Virus record (IMG/VR): IMGVR_UViG_3300036819_000335
Span: 1-36,613 of that record
Direction: 5' to 3' (one strand)
DNA from: a virus
Lineage: Duplodnaviria > Caudoviricetes
Length of the DNA stretch: 36,613 nt
The translations under genes and the position numbers were made by a program. Shown here one piece after another: positions 7,921 through 17,294 of the stretch (within the stretch, counting starts at the first letter, position 1; each line of letters opens with the position of its first letter). The notes under the pieces are model-generated. The model was not told where the DNA came from. It did not search any database and saw only the letters and a program-made list of their open reading frames with translations.

Positions 7921-9507
7921 ATGTATCAGCCTAATCTGCAGCACATGCTTGCAAAGTCGATGACCAAGTCGGCTCGGCCTCACACTTTGCAGGACTACAA
8001 CGCCGCGCTGGCGAACGCTGGCGGCTTTCTCCAGGAGATCGAGAAGGCGCACGCCAATCCGCTGCCCGGCGATCCGCTCGCCAAATCGACCTTTTCGGAA
8101 TCGACGTCGCCGACCTCGGGCCTGACCTATTACGATCTCGAGACCGGTGCCAAATTCGTCTATCCGCTGCTCACCCCGTTGCGCAACGAGATCCCGCGCG
8201 TCTCCGGCAAAGGCGGCATCCAGGCCAATTGGCGTGCGGTCACCGGCATCAACACCACTGGGCTCCGCATCGGCGTCTCCGGCGGCAACCGCGGCGGCGT
8301 GCAGGCGGTGACGACGCAGGATTATTCGGCGGCCTACAAGGGCATCGGCGTCGAAACCTCGGTCGACTTCGAGGCGCAATATGCCGGCATGGGCTTCGAC
8401 GACGTGAAAGCCATCGGGGCCAAGATCGGGCTTGAAGCCTGCATGCTCGGCGAGGAGCTTTTGATCCTCGGCGGCAATACCTCGGTGCCGCTTGGTGTGA
8501 CGCCGACGCCGTCGCTGGCGCCGTCGATCTCGGGCGGCACGCTGACCGCCGCTGCCTCGCCGTATAGCGTCATCTGCGTAGCGCTGTCGCTCGACGGCGT
8601 CGTCAACGGCAGCGTCACCGGCGGCATCCAGGGCGCCATTACGCGCAGCAATGCCGATGGCTCGTCCGACACATTCGGCGGCGGCGCCGCGGAGAAATCG
8701 GCCAACGCCACCGCGTCGATCGCATCGGGCACCACGGGCTCGATCGCGGCCACGGTGGCGCCGGTCGGCGGCGCGGTCGGCTACGCTTGGTTCTGGGGCG
8801 CCGCCGGCTCCGAACTGCTCGGCGCCATCACCACCATCAATTCGGTGATCATCGCCGCCAACGCCACCGGCACGCAGACCGCGGCGTCGCTCGGCGGCAG
8901 CGACAATTCGACCAATGCGCTGGTGTTCGACGGCTTGCTCTATCAGGCGTTCAAGTCCGGCTCGAACGCGTACGTGCAATATCTTGCCACCGGCACCGCC
9001 GGCACCGGCTCGACGCTGACCGGCGACGGCGCCGGCGGCATCGTCGAGGTCGATGCGGCGCTGAAGAACCGCTGGGACAATTACCGGCTGTCGCCCGACA
9101 CCATGTGGGTCTCCTCGCAGGTCGCCAATAATCTGTCGGCGAAGATTCTTGCCGGCGGCACCAACGCGGCGCAGCGTTTCGTGTTCGATGCCGACCAGGG
9201 CGCGCTCGGCGGCGGCGTCATGGTGCGCACTTATCTCAACAAGTTCTCCATGGCCGGGCCCAAGACGCTCGACATCCGCGTGCATCCCAATATGCCGGCC
9301 GGCACCATCCTGATGACGTCGCGGACGCTGCCTTATCCGCTGGCCAATATCGGCAATGTCGCGCAGATCCGCACCCGGCAGGACTACTACCAGATCGAGT
9401 GGCCTCCGCGCGCCCGGCGCTACGAGACCGGCGTCTATGCCGACGAAGTGCTGCAGCATTATTTCCCTCCGTCCATGGCGGTGATCTCGAATATCGCCGC
9501 GGGTTAA
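7921..9507 (+). CDS. Major capsid protein with Gly/Ala/Thr-rich insertion domain
   Basis: GLTYYDLE..AKFVYPLLTPLRNEIPRVSG, EELLILGG, FDGL, IRVHPNMPAG; follows the protease gene. Confidence 0.85.
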   Translation: MYQPNLQHMLAKSMTKSARPHTLQDYNAALANAGGFLQEIEKAHANPLPGDPLAKSTFSESTSPTSGLTYYDLETGAKFVYPLLTPLRNEIPRVSGKGGIQANWRAVTGINTTGLRIGVSGGNRGGVQAVTTQDYSAAYKGIGVETSVDFEAQYAGMGFDDVKAIGAKIGLEACMLGEELLILGGNTSVPLGVTPTPSLAPSISGGTLTAAASPYSVICVALSLDGVVNGSVTGGIQGAITRSNADGSSDTFGGGAAEKSANATASIASGTTGSIAATVAPVGGAVGYAWFWGAAGSELLGAITTINSVIIAANATGTQTAASLGGSDNSTNALVFDGLLYQAFKSGSNAYVQYLATGTAGTGSTLTGDGAGGIVEVDAALKNRWDNYRLSPDTMWVSSQVANNLSAKILAGGTNAAQRFVFDADQGALGGGVMVRTYLNKFSMAGPKTLDIRVHPNMPAGTILMTSRTLPYPLANIGNVAQIRTRQDYYQIEWPPRARRYETGVYADEVLQHYFPPSMAVISNIAAG

Positions 9508-9637
9508 CGCACCGCCATGCGGCGGGCCGCCGCCCGCCGCCCGTTGCCTTTTGCTTCGCATTTCCTTCGACTGTCATCACCGGGCCGGCGCACAACGCCG
9601 CGACCCGGTGATCCATTTCAAAGCCTTGGACGCCGGA
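9402..9637 (+). repeat. Capsid 3' end plus downstream intergenic DNA, copy 1 of an imperfect direct repeat
   Basis: Aligns by eye with about 10626-10857 (e.g. tctatgccgacgaagt..gcagcattatttcc..gtgatctcgaa..atcgccgcggg.taacgca). Confidence 0.9.
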
Positions 9638-9823
9638 GGCATTGACGTAGAGGTTTCCGATGATGATTCTGTTGCCCGGGTTGGTTATCAATTCGGTGAG
9701 ATAAAGCCCCGGACTCCTTCAGGCGAAGCCAGATTCAACAGGCAACTTCAAGAGTGGGGTGTGGGACCCGTTCAAGCCATTACCTACGATGCCGCCGGGA
9801 ATGTCTATTATGGATTTCGCTGA
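9638..9823 (+). pseudogene. C-terminal remnant of a PD-(D/E)xK nuclease toxin (paralogue of 10900..11679)
   Basis: GIDV..RVGYQFGEIKPRTPSGE..YDAAGNVYYGF is nearly identical to the end of 10900..11679; RBS, start and the first ~200 codons are missing. Confidence 0.85.
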
Positions 9824-10593
9824 TGGACGCGCTTGATCTCTTACGATCTCATAAATATGCCGAGGCTATTGCCGAGTGTAAGCGACGGCTTTCGACGAAC
9901 CCCAACGATTTTGGGGCCATGGGCACAATGGCATCGGCATTGCGCGCTCTCGAAAAATACGCACAAGCCATCCCATTATTTGAGCGCATTGGCGCGCACG
10001 AAAAGGAACGAAAAATAACGCCGGGTCATCCGGGCCGGCAGATGGATACTGCCTGCCTCTATTGGTTCTTAGGCAATCGGAATGAAGCTATTGCACTGAT
10101 GCGCGGTATGGTCGACGGCATCCTCGACGGATCGATCCAATACGGCGATCTGGCCGGCGGCTTGAAGCAAGGCCTGCTGCTCTACTATATGGCTGTCACC
10201 GAGCGCCAGCCGGAGCAGGCGGCTCGCGCATTGGACTACATGCGAAGCCGAATAAATCAACTGGAGCGGTCGTTGCCGGGACTACCAATAGATTATTGGC
10301 CGGTTCCGGTGGCGCGTTACTATCTCGGCGGTCTCGCCTTTGACGAGGTGTTGCTTTTCGCCACGGGGCAACGGGACTTACCGGGGGCCCTTGCGGCGGC
10401 GCAAGTCAAGCTGATGAGCCGCCGAAAGCTCTGCGTGGCGCTCTTTCACGACGGCGCCAAGAGCCGCGCCCAGGGCGCGGAGAGCCAGTGCCTCGCGCGC
10501 ATGCGTGAGTGTTACGCGCTCGAAGACCCGCTGATCGAGCCGGAATGGTATCTCGCCCGGCACGAAGTAGAGCAAGCAGCTAACAAGGCTTGA
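9823..10593 (+). CDS. TPR-like putative immunity protein, copy 1
   Basis: 256 aa from ATG 9823 (TGATG overlap); helical TPR-like repeats; close paralogue of 11679..12449. Confidence 0.8.
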   Translation: MDALDLLRSHKYAEAIAECKRRLSTNPNDFGAMGTMASALRALEKYAQAIPLFERIGAHEKERKITPGHPGRQMDTACLYWFLGNRNEAIALMRGMVDGILDGSIQYGDLAGGLKQGLLLYYMAVTERQPEQAARALDYMRSRINQLERSLPGLPIDYWPVPVARYYLGGLAFDEVLLFATGQRDLPGALAAAQVKLMSRRKLCVALFHDGAKSRAQGAESQCLARMRECYALEDPLIEPEWYLARHEVEQAANKA

Positions 10594-10625
10594 TCGTTCA
10601 CTCAGAAAATTGGCGCGGGCAAACT

Positions 10626-10857
10626 GCCTCCGTACGCGGCGCTACCGGCATCTATGCCGACGAAGTCTTGCAGCATTATTTCCCGCCGGCCATGGCCGTG
10701 ATCTCGAACATCGCCGCGGGCTAACGCATCGTCCTGCGGCGGGCCGCCGCCCGCCGTCCGTATTCTTTTGGCTTGGCATTTCCTTCGAACGTCATCACCG
10801 GGCCGGTGCCACAGCGCTGCGACCCAGTGATTTGCTTTCAGGACCTTAGACGGCGGA
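10626..10857 (+). repeat. Capsid 3' end plus intergenic DNA, copy 2 (divergent capsid remnant)
   Basis: Encodes TGIYADEVLQHYFPPAMAVISNIAAG*, versus TGVYADEVLQHYFPPSMAVISNIAAG* in the capsid. Confidence 0.9.
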
Positions 10858-10899
10858 CGACCGGGCAAGCCCACACTGATAGGCCGGAGGAGCGCAGCA

Positions 10900-11679
10900 A
10901 TGACGCGTCTGCCGCGCATCCTCTGCGCCGTGCCGCAGCTGCCGCACGTGCATCTGGAGATCGCCAAGGCCATTCAGACGCTTTGGGGCCAAGAGAATGA
11001 GCAAACCGCAAATCGCTTTGTCGCCAAAGCTGCGGTTGACGACCCTGAACATCCCGGATGGCCGGCTCATACTCCGGACCGCAAGGGCGGTGAGTTTCGG
11101 CCAAAGGATGGCGCATTCGATTCGAGTTCATCTGTTCCCGGCAACGGGCCTCGGAATGAGGCGACAGGCGACGTCCGGGTTGCGATGGAGCCTGCGATCG
11201 ATCCGGCAACGGGGCAGCCGTTTTCTTCCGAAACGCCGCTCGATAGATTGGGAGGTGGGGAGGGGCCTGGCGGCGGGGGTGGGCTTGGCGAGCGTTCAAC
11301 CAGCGGGTCGTCCGAAGCGGCGACCGCCGACGCGCAGGGTGCTGGTCCGCCGCAGATCGGTGCGTTCACACCGCCCGATAACTTGACCTATGGAACGACT
11401 CTGTTTGGAAATTATGCTCACGAGAAAATAGCCGATCTTTTGGGCGAGTTGTATCCTGGAGTGACCTTCAAGTTCAGGGTACTCCCAGGTCAGCGAGGGA
11501 TTGATGTAACCGTTCCAAACAAATCTGTTGGCCGCGTTGGCTATCAATTCGGCGAGATAAAGCCCCGGACACCCTCAGGTGAATCCGCCTTCAACCGGCA
11601 ACTCCAACAATGGGGTGTTGGACCCGTGCAATCAATTAGCTACGATGCCGCCGGCAACGTATATTACGGATTTCACTGA
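10900..11679 (+). CDS. Putative polymorphic toxin with C-terminal PD-(D/E)xK (restriction-endonuclease-like) domain
   Basis: GGAGGA RBS; VAKAAVDDPEHPGWPAHTPDRKGGEF motif; Gly-rich linker; FGNYAHE..GIDV..GEIK catalytic pattern. Confidence 0.75.
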   Translation: MTRLPRILCAVPQLPHVHLEIAKAIQTLWGQENEQTANRFVAKAAVDDPEHPGWPAHTPDRKGGEFRPKDGAFDSSSSVPGNGPRNEATGDVRVAMEPAIDPATGQPFSSETPLDRLGGGEGPGGGGGLGERSTSGSSEAATADAQGAGPPQIGAFTPPDNLTYGTTLFGNYAHEKIADLLGELYPGVTFKFRVLPGQRGIDVTVPNKSVGRVGYQFGEIKPRTPSGESAFNRQLQQWGVGPVQSISYDAAGNVYYGFH

Positions 11680-12449
11680 TGGATGCCCTTGATCTCTTAG
11701 AGTCGCATAAATATCCCGAGGCTGTTGCCGCTTGCGTGCGGCGACTTGCGGTGGACCCGAACGACTTTGGCGCTATGGATACGATGGCCTCGGCGTTGCA
11801 GGCAATCGAAAAATATGAGGAAGCACTTCCATTACTCGAGCGCGTGGGCGCGCACGAAAAGGAATGCAAAATAACGCCGGGTCATCCGGGTCGGCAAATG
11901 GATATTTCCTGCCTCTATTGGTTCTTGGGCAATCGGCAGAAGGCGATTGCGCTCATGCGCGGTCTCGTCGACGGCATGCTCGACGGATCGATCGGATACG
12001 GCGATGCGGCGGGCGGCATGCAGCAAGGCCTGCTGCTCTACTACATGGCCGTCACCGCACGACTGTCGGACCAGGCGGCTTGCGCCTTGGACTACATGAG
12101 AAACCGATTAAGGCGATTACAGCGGTTGCTGCCGGGACTACCAATAGAGTCCTGGCCGGTTCCGGTGGCGCGCTATTATCTCGGCGATCTCGCGTTCGAC
12201 CAGCTCTTGGTTTTCGCCACCGGGCAACGGGAATTGCCGCAGGCAACTGCGGCGGCACATGCCAAGTTGATGAGCCGCCGCAAGCTCTGCGTCGCGCTCT
12301 TCCACGATGGGGTCAGAAGCCGCGCCAATGGTGCGGAGAGTCAGTGCCTCGCGCGCATGCTCGAGTGTTACGCGCTCGAAGACCCGCTGATCGAACCCGA
12401 ATGGTATCTCGCCCGGCATGAAGTGGAGCGGGCTGCCGCGAAGCCGTGA
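11679..12449 (+). CDS. TPR-like putative immunity protein, copy 2
   Basis: 256 aa, TGATG-coupled to the toxin gene. Confidence 0.8.
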   Translation: MDALDLLESHKYPEAVAACVRRLAVDPNDFGAMDTMASALQAIEKYEEALPLLERVGAHEKECKITPGHPGRQMDISCLYWFLGNRQKAIALMRGLVDGMLDGSIGYGDAAGGMQQGLLLYYMAVTARLSDQAACALDYMRNRLRRLQRLLPGLPIESWPVPVARYYLGDLAFDQLLVFATGQRELPQATAAAHAKLMSRRKLCVALFHDGVRSRANGAESQCLARMLECYALEDPLIEPEWYLARHEVERAAAKP

Positions 12450-12537
12450 CCCTTTAGAGGCCGAGACTGGGGGTTCAAGATTTGTCATGACATTGTCGGG
12501 CATGCTATGGTACGCTCCCGAGTAACAGGAGTTACCC

Positions 12538-12840
12538 ATGGCCCGACGCAGCATCGCCGCCAGGCGCGGCGCGCGCACAGAAAAGCTAGATGTTCGGCTC
12601 AGCCGCGCTGCAAAGGAGACACTGCAGGCGGCCGCCGCGGCCGTGCGCAAGTCCGTAAGCGAATTCGTGGTTGATTCGGCTCTTGCCGAGGCGGAGGAGC
12701 GGCTTGCCGATCGGCGTCTGTTTACCCTTGATCGTAAGAGCTGGGAAGCCTTTGTCGCGGCGCTTGATGCACCGCCGCGCCGTCATCCGCGTCTTGAGCG
12801 TTTGTTTGGCGAGCCCTCCGTGTTCGATCGGAAAAGCTGA
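12538..12840 (+). CDS. DUF1778 (TacA/AtaR-like RHH) antitoxin
   Basis: RTEKLDVRLS..LQAAA..SVSEFV..W.AF.AALDAPP..PRL; directly upstream of a GNAT gene; tgtcatgaca palindrome at 12483-12492. Confidence 0.9.
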   Translation: MARRSIAARRGARTEKLDVRLSRAAKETLQAAAAAVRKSVSEFVVDSALAEAEERLADRRLFTLDRKSWEAFVAALDAPPRRHPRLERLFGEPSVFDRKS

Positions 12841-12842
12841 TC

Positions 12843-13349
12843 GTGGCGGGTTCCCTCTGCATCGAAAAACTAAAGCGCATCCATGTCGTCGACGCATTTA
12901 GCTGCGGACAGCCGGAGCTTGACCGTTTTCTGATACGGCACGCGCTGCAGGCGCAACAGGCAAATTCGTCGCAAGCCTACGTCGCCGTCAACGGCAGTGA
13001 GGTTCTCGGCTTCTACAGCATGGTTGCCGGCGAGGTTCGACATGCCGATGCCCCCGAGCGCGTCATAAGGGGCATGCCGCGCCATCCGATCCCGCTGTTG
13101 GTCCTTGCCCGGTTGGCCGTTCATACAGAAGCGCAAGGCCGTGGACTTGGAGCCGGCTTGCTGCTCGATGCGCTGGGACGAACGCTTCAGGTTGCCGATC
13201 TCATCGGAATCCGCGCGCTTGCCGTTCATGCCAAGCACGAGCAGGCGGCCGCTTTCTATCGACATTTTGGCTTTGCCCCGTCACCCACCGATCCGCGGCA
13301 TTTGTTCATGCTGGTTAAAGACATTCGCGTTGCTGCGAACCAAAAGTGA
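12843..13349 (+). CDS. GNAT acetyltransferase toxin (TacT/AtaT-like)
   Basis: FSCGQPELDRFL, LARLAVH..QGRGLG, AAFYRHFGF. Confidence 0.9.
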   Translation: MAGSLCIEKLKRIHVVDAFSCGQPELDRFLIRHALQAQQANSSQAYVAVNGSEVLGFYSMVAGEVRHADAPERVIRGMPRHPIPLLVLARLAVHTEAQGRGLGAGLLLDALGRTLQVADLIGIRALAVHAKHEQAAAFYRHFGFAPSPTDPRHLFMLVKDIRVAANQK

Positions 13350-13503
13350 GGAGCAGCTCCTCCTGTTCCCTTGGAATACTTAGCCGACGGCCGCCAAATT
13401 TGGCGGAACGAAACGTCTCGTAGCGCATCACCCCCCATACCGCATACCGGGGTTCGTAGACGCTGCGGCAAAGACCGATGATCCCAAAATTCATGAGGTC
13501 CCC

Positions 13504-13737
13504 ATGAAACTCAAAGCGCCCCCGGGCGTCGGCGAGCCGTGTTTCGCCGGCGTCGCCATCGTTGCACGCCATGGATTCTACGAGGTCGAAGCCGAGATCG
13601 GCGCGCTGCTGATCGAGGCATTCGGCTTCGTCGAACTCGAAGCGGCAGGTCGATCGCGTTCCACGCCTGCGCCGGCAGGTTCGCCGCGCAATCCCGCACC
13701 GCGCCGCCGCGTGGCGGAAAAAAAGCCCTCAGCCTAG
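13504..13737 (+). CDS. Small phage head-associated hypothetical protein
   Basis: GAGG RBS; position between capsid and adaptor; basic C-terminal tail. Confidence 0.6.
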   Translation: MKLKAPPGVGEPCFAGVAIVARHGFYEVEAEIGALLIEAFGFVELEAAGRSRSTPAPAGSPRNPAPRRRVAEKKPSA

Positions 13738-13747
13738 GAAACCGGAC

Positions 13748-14581
13748 ATGGCCGCCTCCGATCTCGCCGTGCTTGCCGACGTGAAAACCTGGTTGTCGGG
13801 TTCGAGCGGCATCGGTACTTCAGACGATGCGCTGCTGGCGCGGCTCATCACCGATGTGTCGGGCGCCATCGCCGCTTATCTTGGCCGGCCCTCGCTCACG
13901 CCGCGCGCGTTCGTCGAGCGGCGCGACGGCGACGGCAAGACGCGGCTTTATCTGCGCCGCTATCCGGCGCTCGCGATCAGCTCGCTCGTCATCGATGGTT
14001 GCGCGGTGGCAGCGTCGTCGCCGCCGGCTGCCGGCGCACGGCCCGGCCGCGGCTATCTGCTCGAAGCCTGGGACGGCTTGCCACCGGGACGGCCGCAGGC
14101 GCTCGATCTATTTGAAGAAATTTTCCGGCCGGGCCGGCAAAATGCGGCGGTGAGCTACAGCGCCGGCTATGCCGTGAGCGGTGAAGCCGGCACGGCGCCC
14201 ACGGCGCCGGGCCCTTATAATGTATCGGCGGCGGCGCCTTTCGGGCCTTGGGCGTCGGATTCCGGCGTCACTTATACCGATGGCGCGCCGCTCACCGCGG
14301 TCGCCGGCACGCCGGGCGCGGGCCAATATAGTGTATCGGGCGGGGTCTATGGCTTTTCCGCCGCCGACGCCGGTGCCGGAGTGATAATCTCCTACGGCTT
14401 CATTCCCGCCGCGATCAACAATGCCTGCATCGAATGGGTGGCCGAGCGCTACCGCTACCGCACCCGCGTCGGCCAGAGTGCGCAGACCGTGGCCGGCCAG
14501 ATGACGTCGTCCTACAGCCTCAAGGACATGCCCGATTTCATCCGCGCCTCGCTCGATCCCTATCGCAGCGTGGTGGCCTGA
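13748..14581 (+). CDS. Head-tail adaptor (gp6-like) with inserted beta-domain
   Basis: LADVKTWL..DDALLARLI, YSAGY, IPAAINNACIEW..LDPYR. Confidence 0.8.
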   Translation: MAASDLAVLADVKTWLSGSSGIGTSDDALLARLITDVSGAIAAYLGRPSLTPRAFVERRDGDGKTRLYLRRYPALAISSLVIDGCAVAASSPPAAGARPGRGYLLEAWDGLPPGRPQALDLFEEIFRPGRQNAAVSYSAGYAVSGEAGTAPTAPGPYNVSAAAPFGPWASDSGVTYTDGAPLTAVAGTPGAGQYSVSGGVYGFSAADAGAGVIISYGFIPAAINNACIEWVAERYRYRTRVGQSAQTVAGQMTSSYSLKDMPDFIRASLDPYRSVVA

Positions 14582-15055
14582 ATGTTCGAGCTCTCGCTGA
14601 ATGACGATGCCAGCGCGGCGCTCGCCGCCATGCCCGAGCGCATCCGCGGCGTGCTAGCGGACAAGGCCAATTCCTTGGCTGCGAAATTGCAGGCGAAGAT
14701 CCAGCAAAAGCTCTCCGGCGGCGTACTCAATCAAAAAAGCGGTGCGCTCGCGCGATCGATTTACGCGACGATCGACGATGCGCCCGCCGATGTATCCGTC
14801 ACACTCGCTACCTCTGCCGATATCAAATACGCCGCGATCCACGAATACGGCGGCATGATCCCGCCGCATCAGATCGTGCCGGACAAAGCTAAGGCGCTCG
14901 CCTTTTTGGTCGGCGGCAAGCAGGCCTTCGCGGCCCGCGTCAACCTGCCGGCGATCGCCATGCCGGAGCGTTCCTATATGCGCTCGTCGCTCGCCGAGAT
15001 GGCGGGTGAGATTAGGGATGAGCTGAGCGAGGCGGTGGCCGAGGTGCTGGACTAG
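14582..15055 (+). CDS. Neck / virion morphogenesis protein (HK97 gp10-like)
   Basis: SGALARSI, YAAIHEYGG, MPERSYMRSSL motifs. Confidence 0.75.
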   Translation: MFELSLNDDASAALAAMPERIRGVLADKANSLAAKLQAKIQQKLSGGVLNQKSGALARSIYATIDDAPADVSVTLATSADIKYAAIHEYGGMIPPHQIVPDKAKALAFLVGGKQAFAARVNLPAIAMPERSYMRSSLAEMAGEIRDELSEAVAEVLD

Positions 15056-15085
15056 CCGTTTATCCGCGCGCGAGCGCCGCGCTTC

Positions 15086-15697
15086 TTGCTCTTTGGAAAG
15101 ACCCCATTTTCGACGGAGCCTGATCGCATGTTCGGGATGCCGGGAGTGCGTGGCTTTCCCATTACCGCCCATCAAAGCCTCGGCCGCGTCTCGTGCAACG
15201 CACGCGGCATCTTTGTCGGCTCCATTCCGTTGCTCGAGCAGGTCAATGGGTTGGAAGCCGCGGCCCACGATCGTCCTCAACGATAAGCTGACGGCTTGTT
15301 ACCGCCTCCCGTTCGACATCGCAGCCAAAGCCAACGCGCTTTCGCTGATCGCCACCGTGCAGATGCAACTTCCCGGTCCTCCGTCACTGGCGAAAGGGCT
15401 AGACAATCCTGAAGACATCGCGAGGCGCGCGCGGGAGTTGGCGCGGAGCGGTCTGCTCAAGGTCTGGGACCCGGAAGAACACCCTCGCGCGGATACGGCG
15501 TCAAATCCCGGTTGGTTCGCACCGCAGCGCTTATGCGCAAGATGGGCATTTCGGAAGCATGGCTGCGGATAAACAACCCAAAGATATGTGACGATTGCTT
15601 GAGGGACTTAGAGACAAAGATGCTACCTCCAGGCGCCACCTTGCATGTCATTCTTCCGAACGGTAGGGATGTTCCGTTCACGGGTCAAAGCCGATGA
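15086..15697 (+). pseudogene. Decayed polymorphic toxin with DddA/SCP1.201-like deaminase C-terminus
   Basis: Three overlapping frames: an N-terminal piece, LLKVWDPEEHPRADTASNPGWFAP, then AALMRKMGISEAWLRINNPKICDDC..MLPPGATLHV. The HxE motif is absent, with the junction at about 15522. The 5' end is uncertain. Confidence 0.7.
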
Positions 15698-16134
15698 AAA
15701 CCGTGTATCGCAACCAGCAGTACGATGACGACCCCTTCAATGGGTCAGCGATTGACAGTGAAAAAAAACTCGTAACGCTGCTTGAGCAGGCTCGAAGCGG
15801 GAAGCCACTCTTCATTCGATTGTCATCCGACGATGGCTGTGAGCTTTTGCTCGGGATCGCCCAGAGGCTCGGCTGCGTACAGCATTCAAATTCGAGTGGT
15901 GCATCGCCGAATCTTTTGGCGATGTCGGCGCGACCCCCGCTGAAACGTGGTTATATAGAGTTTCTAACTGCCAATACGCCGACACCCGTCGCCGCGCGGT
16001 ATATCATAAACTTCGACGACCTGCTGCAGATTGCCGTTCGATTTTTTCGCACAGGTGAGCGAAGCGATAATGTGGTGTGGCAGAAATTTAATCCGCGCGC
16101 TCTTAGAGAGGATGCGGAACGGTCCGCCGATTAG
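15694..16134 (+). CDS. Imm1 (DddI-like) immunity protein
   Basis: ATGA-coupled to the deaminase remnant; C-terminal IINFDDLLQIAVRFFRTGERSDNVVW resembles the Imm1 signature. Confidence 0.7.
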   Translation: MKTVYRNQQYDDDPFNGSAIDSEKKLVTLLEQARSGKPLFIRLSSDDGCELLLGIAQRLGCVQHSNSSGASPNLLAMSARPPLKRGYIEFLTANTPTPVAARYIINFDDLLQIAVRFFRTGERSDNVVWQKFNPRALREDAERSAD

Positions 16135-16294
16135 ATTGGGGATGCGATGCCAGCAGGCTGCCATAGCGCGAATTAGGAAGGAAATTCGCCGACGATGAAC
16201 TCGTTTTGATCCCGAAAAGAAGAATGCCATGACCAGACATCAAATCATGGCCCACTATCAATTCATGTTCTATGCGATGGCGCGGGATCTCACG

Positions 16295-16342
16295 CCGGTG
16301 CTTTCCCTACTGGAAGCTCCGGTGCTTTCCCTACTGGAAGCT
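16295..16342. repeat. Perfect 24-bp tandem duplication (ccggtgctttccctactggaagct x2)
   Basis: Read directly from the sequence. Confidence 0.95.
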
Positions 16343-16679
16343 CGGAAGAAGCTCCAATATACGCCGATACGTCAATCGGCACGGTTTCGGAGAGCGACGC
16401 GTCGCTGAATCTCTACGATTTCATTGTCGAGTCCTATCTTGCCCGCTTTGCCCAGGTGAATGAGTTTTTCTTGGACCGGAGGCGTTCAATCTCTGGAAAT
16501 CCGGCGTAAGGCTGACGACTTCAGCAACGTCGCCCGCGAAATTTGATCTCGAGGCTTGAGCAACCGCGATCCGTGAGTTCGGCGGCGTGGTACCGCCGCC
16601 GCGCGTGGCACTCGCACCCTGCCGACTATTGCCAGCGGCTCTGTTCTTGTGCGATTCCGCAAATTCAAGGAGCGCAAGC

Positions 16680-17120
16680 ATGCCCACCCGCGAACAGATC
16701 TCAGTCGCCTTCTTCGATCTCATCAAAGGCGCCACCAATTTTACCGCCGTGAGCCGGCGCTTCGTGCATTGGGACCAAGTCAACGAAACGCAGATGCCGT
16801 TTCTGACCATGCTCAAGACCGGCGAGCAGCGCGGCCGCCAAAGCGAAGGCCTGCCGGCGCTCACCATCAATACGCATGTGTTCGTTTATCTCTCCGCCGG
16901 CCTCGACCCGGAGGATGTGCCGGATAGCGCGATGAACGCGGTGCTCGATGCCATCGATGCGGCGGTGGCGCCGTCCGGTGCCGATGCGCTTGGCGGCAAC
17001 CGCCAGACGCTCGGTGGGCTCGTTTCGCATTGCTATCCGCTGGGACCGGTGTTCATCGATACCGGCGACGTCGACGGCAAAGCGGTCGCCGCAATTCCGT
17101 TCCAGATTTTGGTGCCGTAG
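16680..17120 (+). CDS. Tail terminator / tail completion protein
   Basis: AAGGAG RBS; MPTREQI..SRR..W..P..LDAIDAA..QTLGGLV; lies upstream of the tail tube. Confidence 0.7.
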   Translation: MPTREQISVAFFDLIKGATNFTAVSRRFVHWDQVNETQMPFLTMLKTGEQRGRQSEGLPALTINTHVFVYLSAGLDPEDVPDSAMNAVLDAIDAAVAPSGADALGGNRQTLGGLVSHCYPLGPVFIDTGDVDGKAVAAIPFQILVP

Positions 17121-17294
17121 CGGGCGATATCTCGCGCGTCGGCTGCCTGCCTGGAGAAATCTTGGCTCATTTCCCGCACAGGCGGCGAAACCCACTGCTT
17201 GATCGTGGTGGGTTACGGCGCGGAGCTTGTCGTCGGGCCGCGCTTGGCGCGGAGCCGTTGACGCCTAACCCACCCTACCCAGGAGACTGCTTCC

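Noticed and set aside
7738-9561. Long antisense ORFs (e.g. 7738..9561, 6661..7662, 17265..18254, 29510..30532)
   Set aside because: Shadow frames of GC3-rich structural genes; Arg-rich, with no recognisable motifs.
9551-9823. 90-aa ORF as an intact gene, and the 9754 start for the next gene
   Set aside because: Its first ~29 codons are intergenic repeat DNA fused by deletion to a toxin tail. The paralogue shows the immunity gene starts at 9823.
16295-16342. Possible CRISPR repeat
   Set aside because: Only two directly adjacent copies, no spacer, no cas genes.
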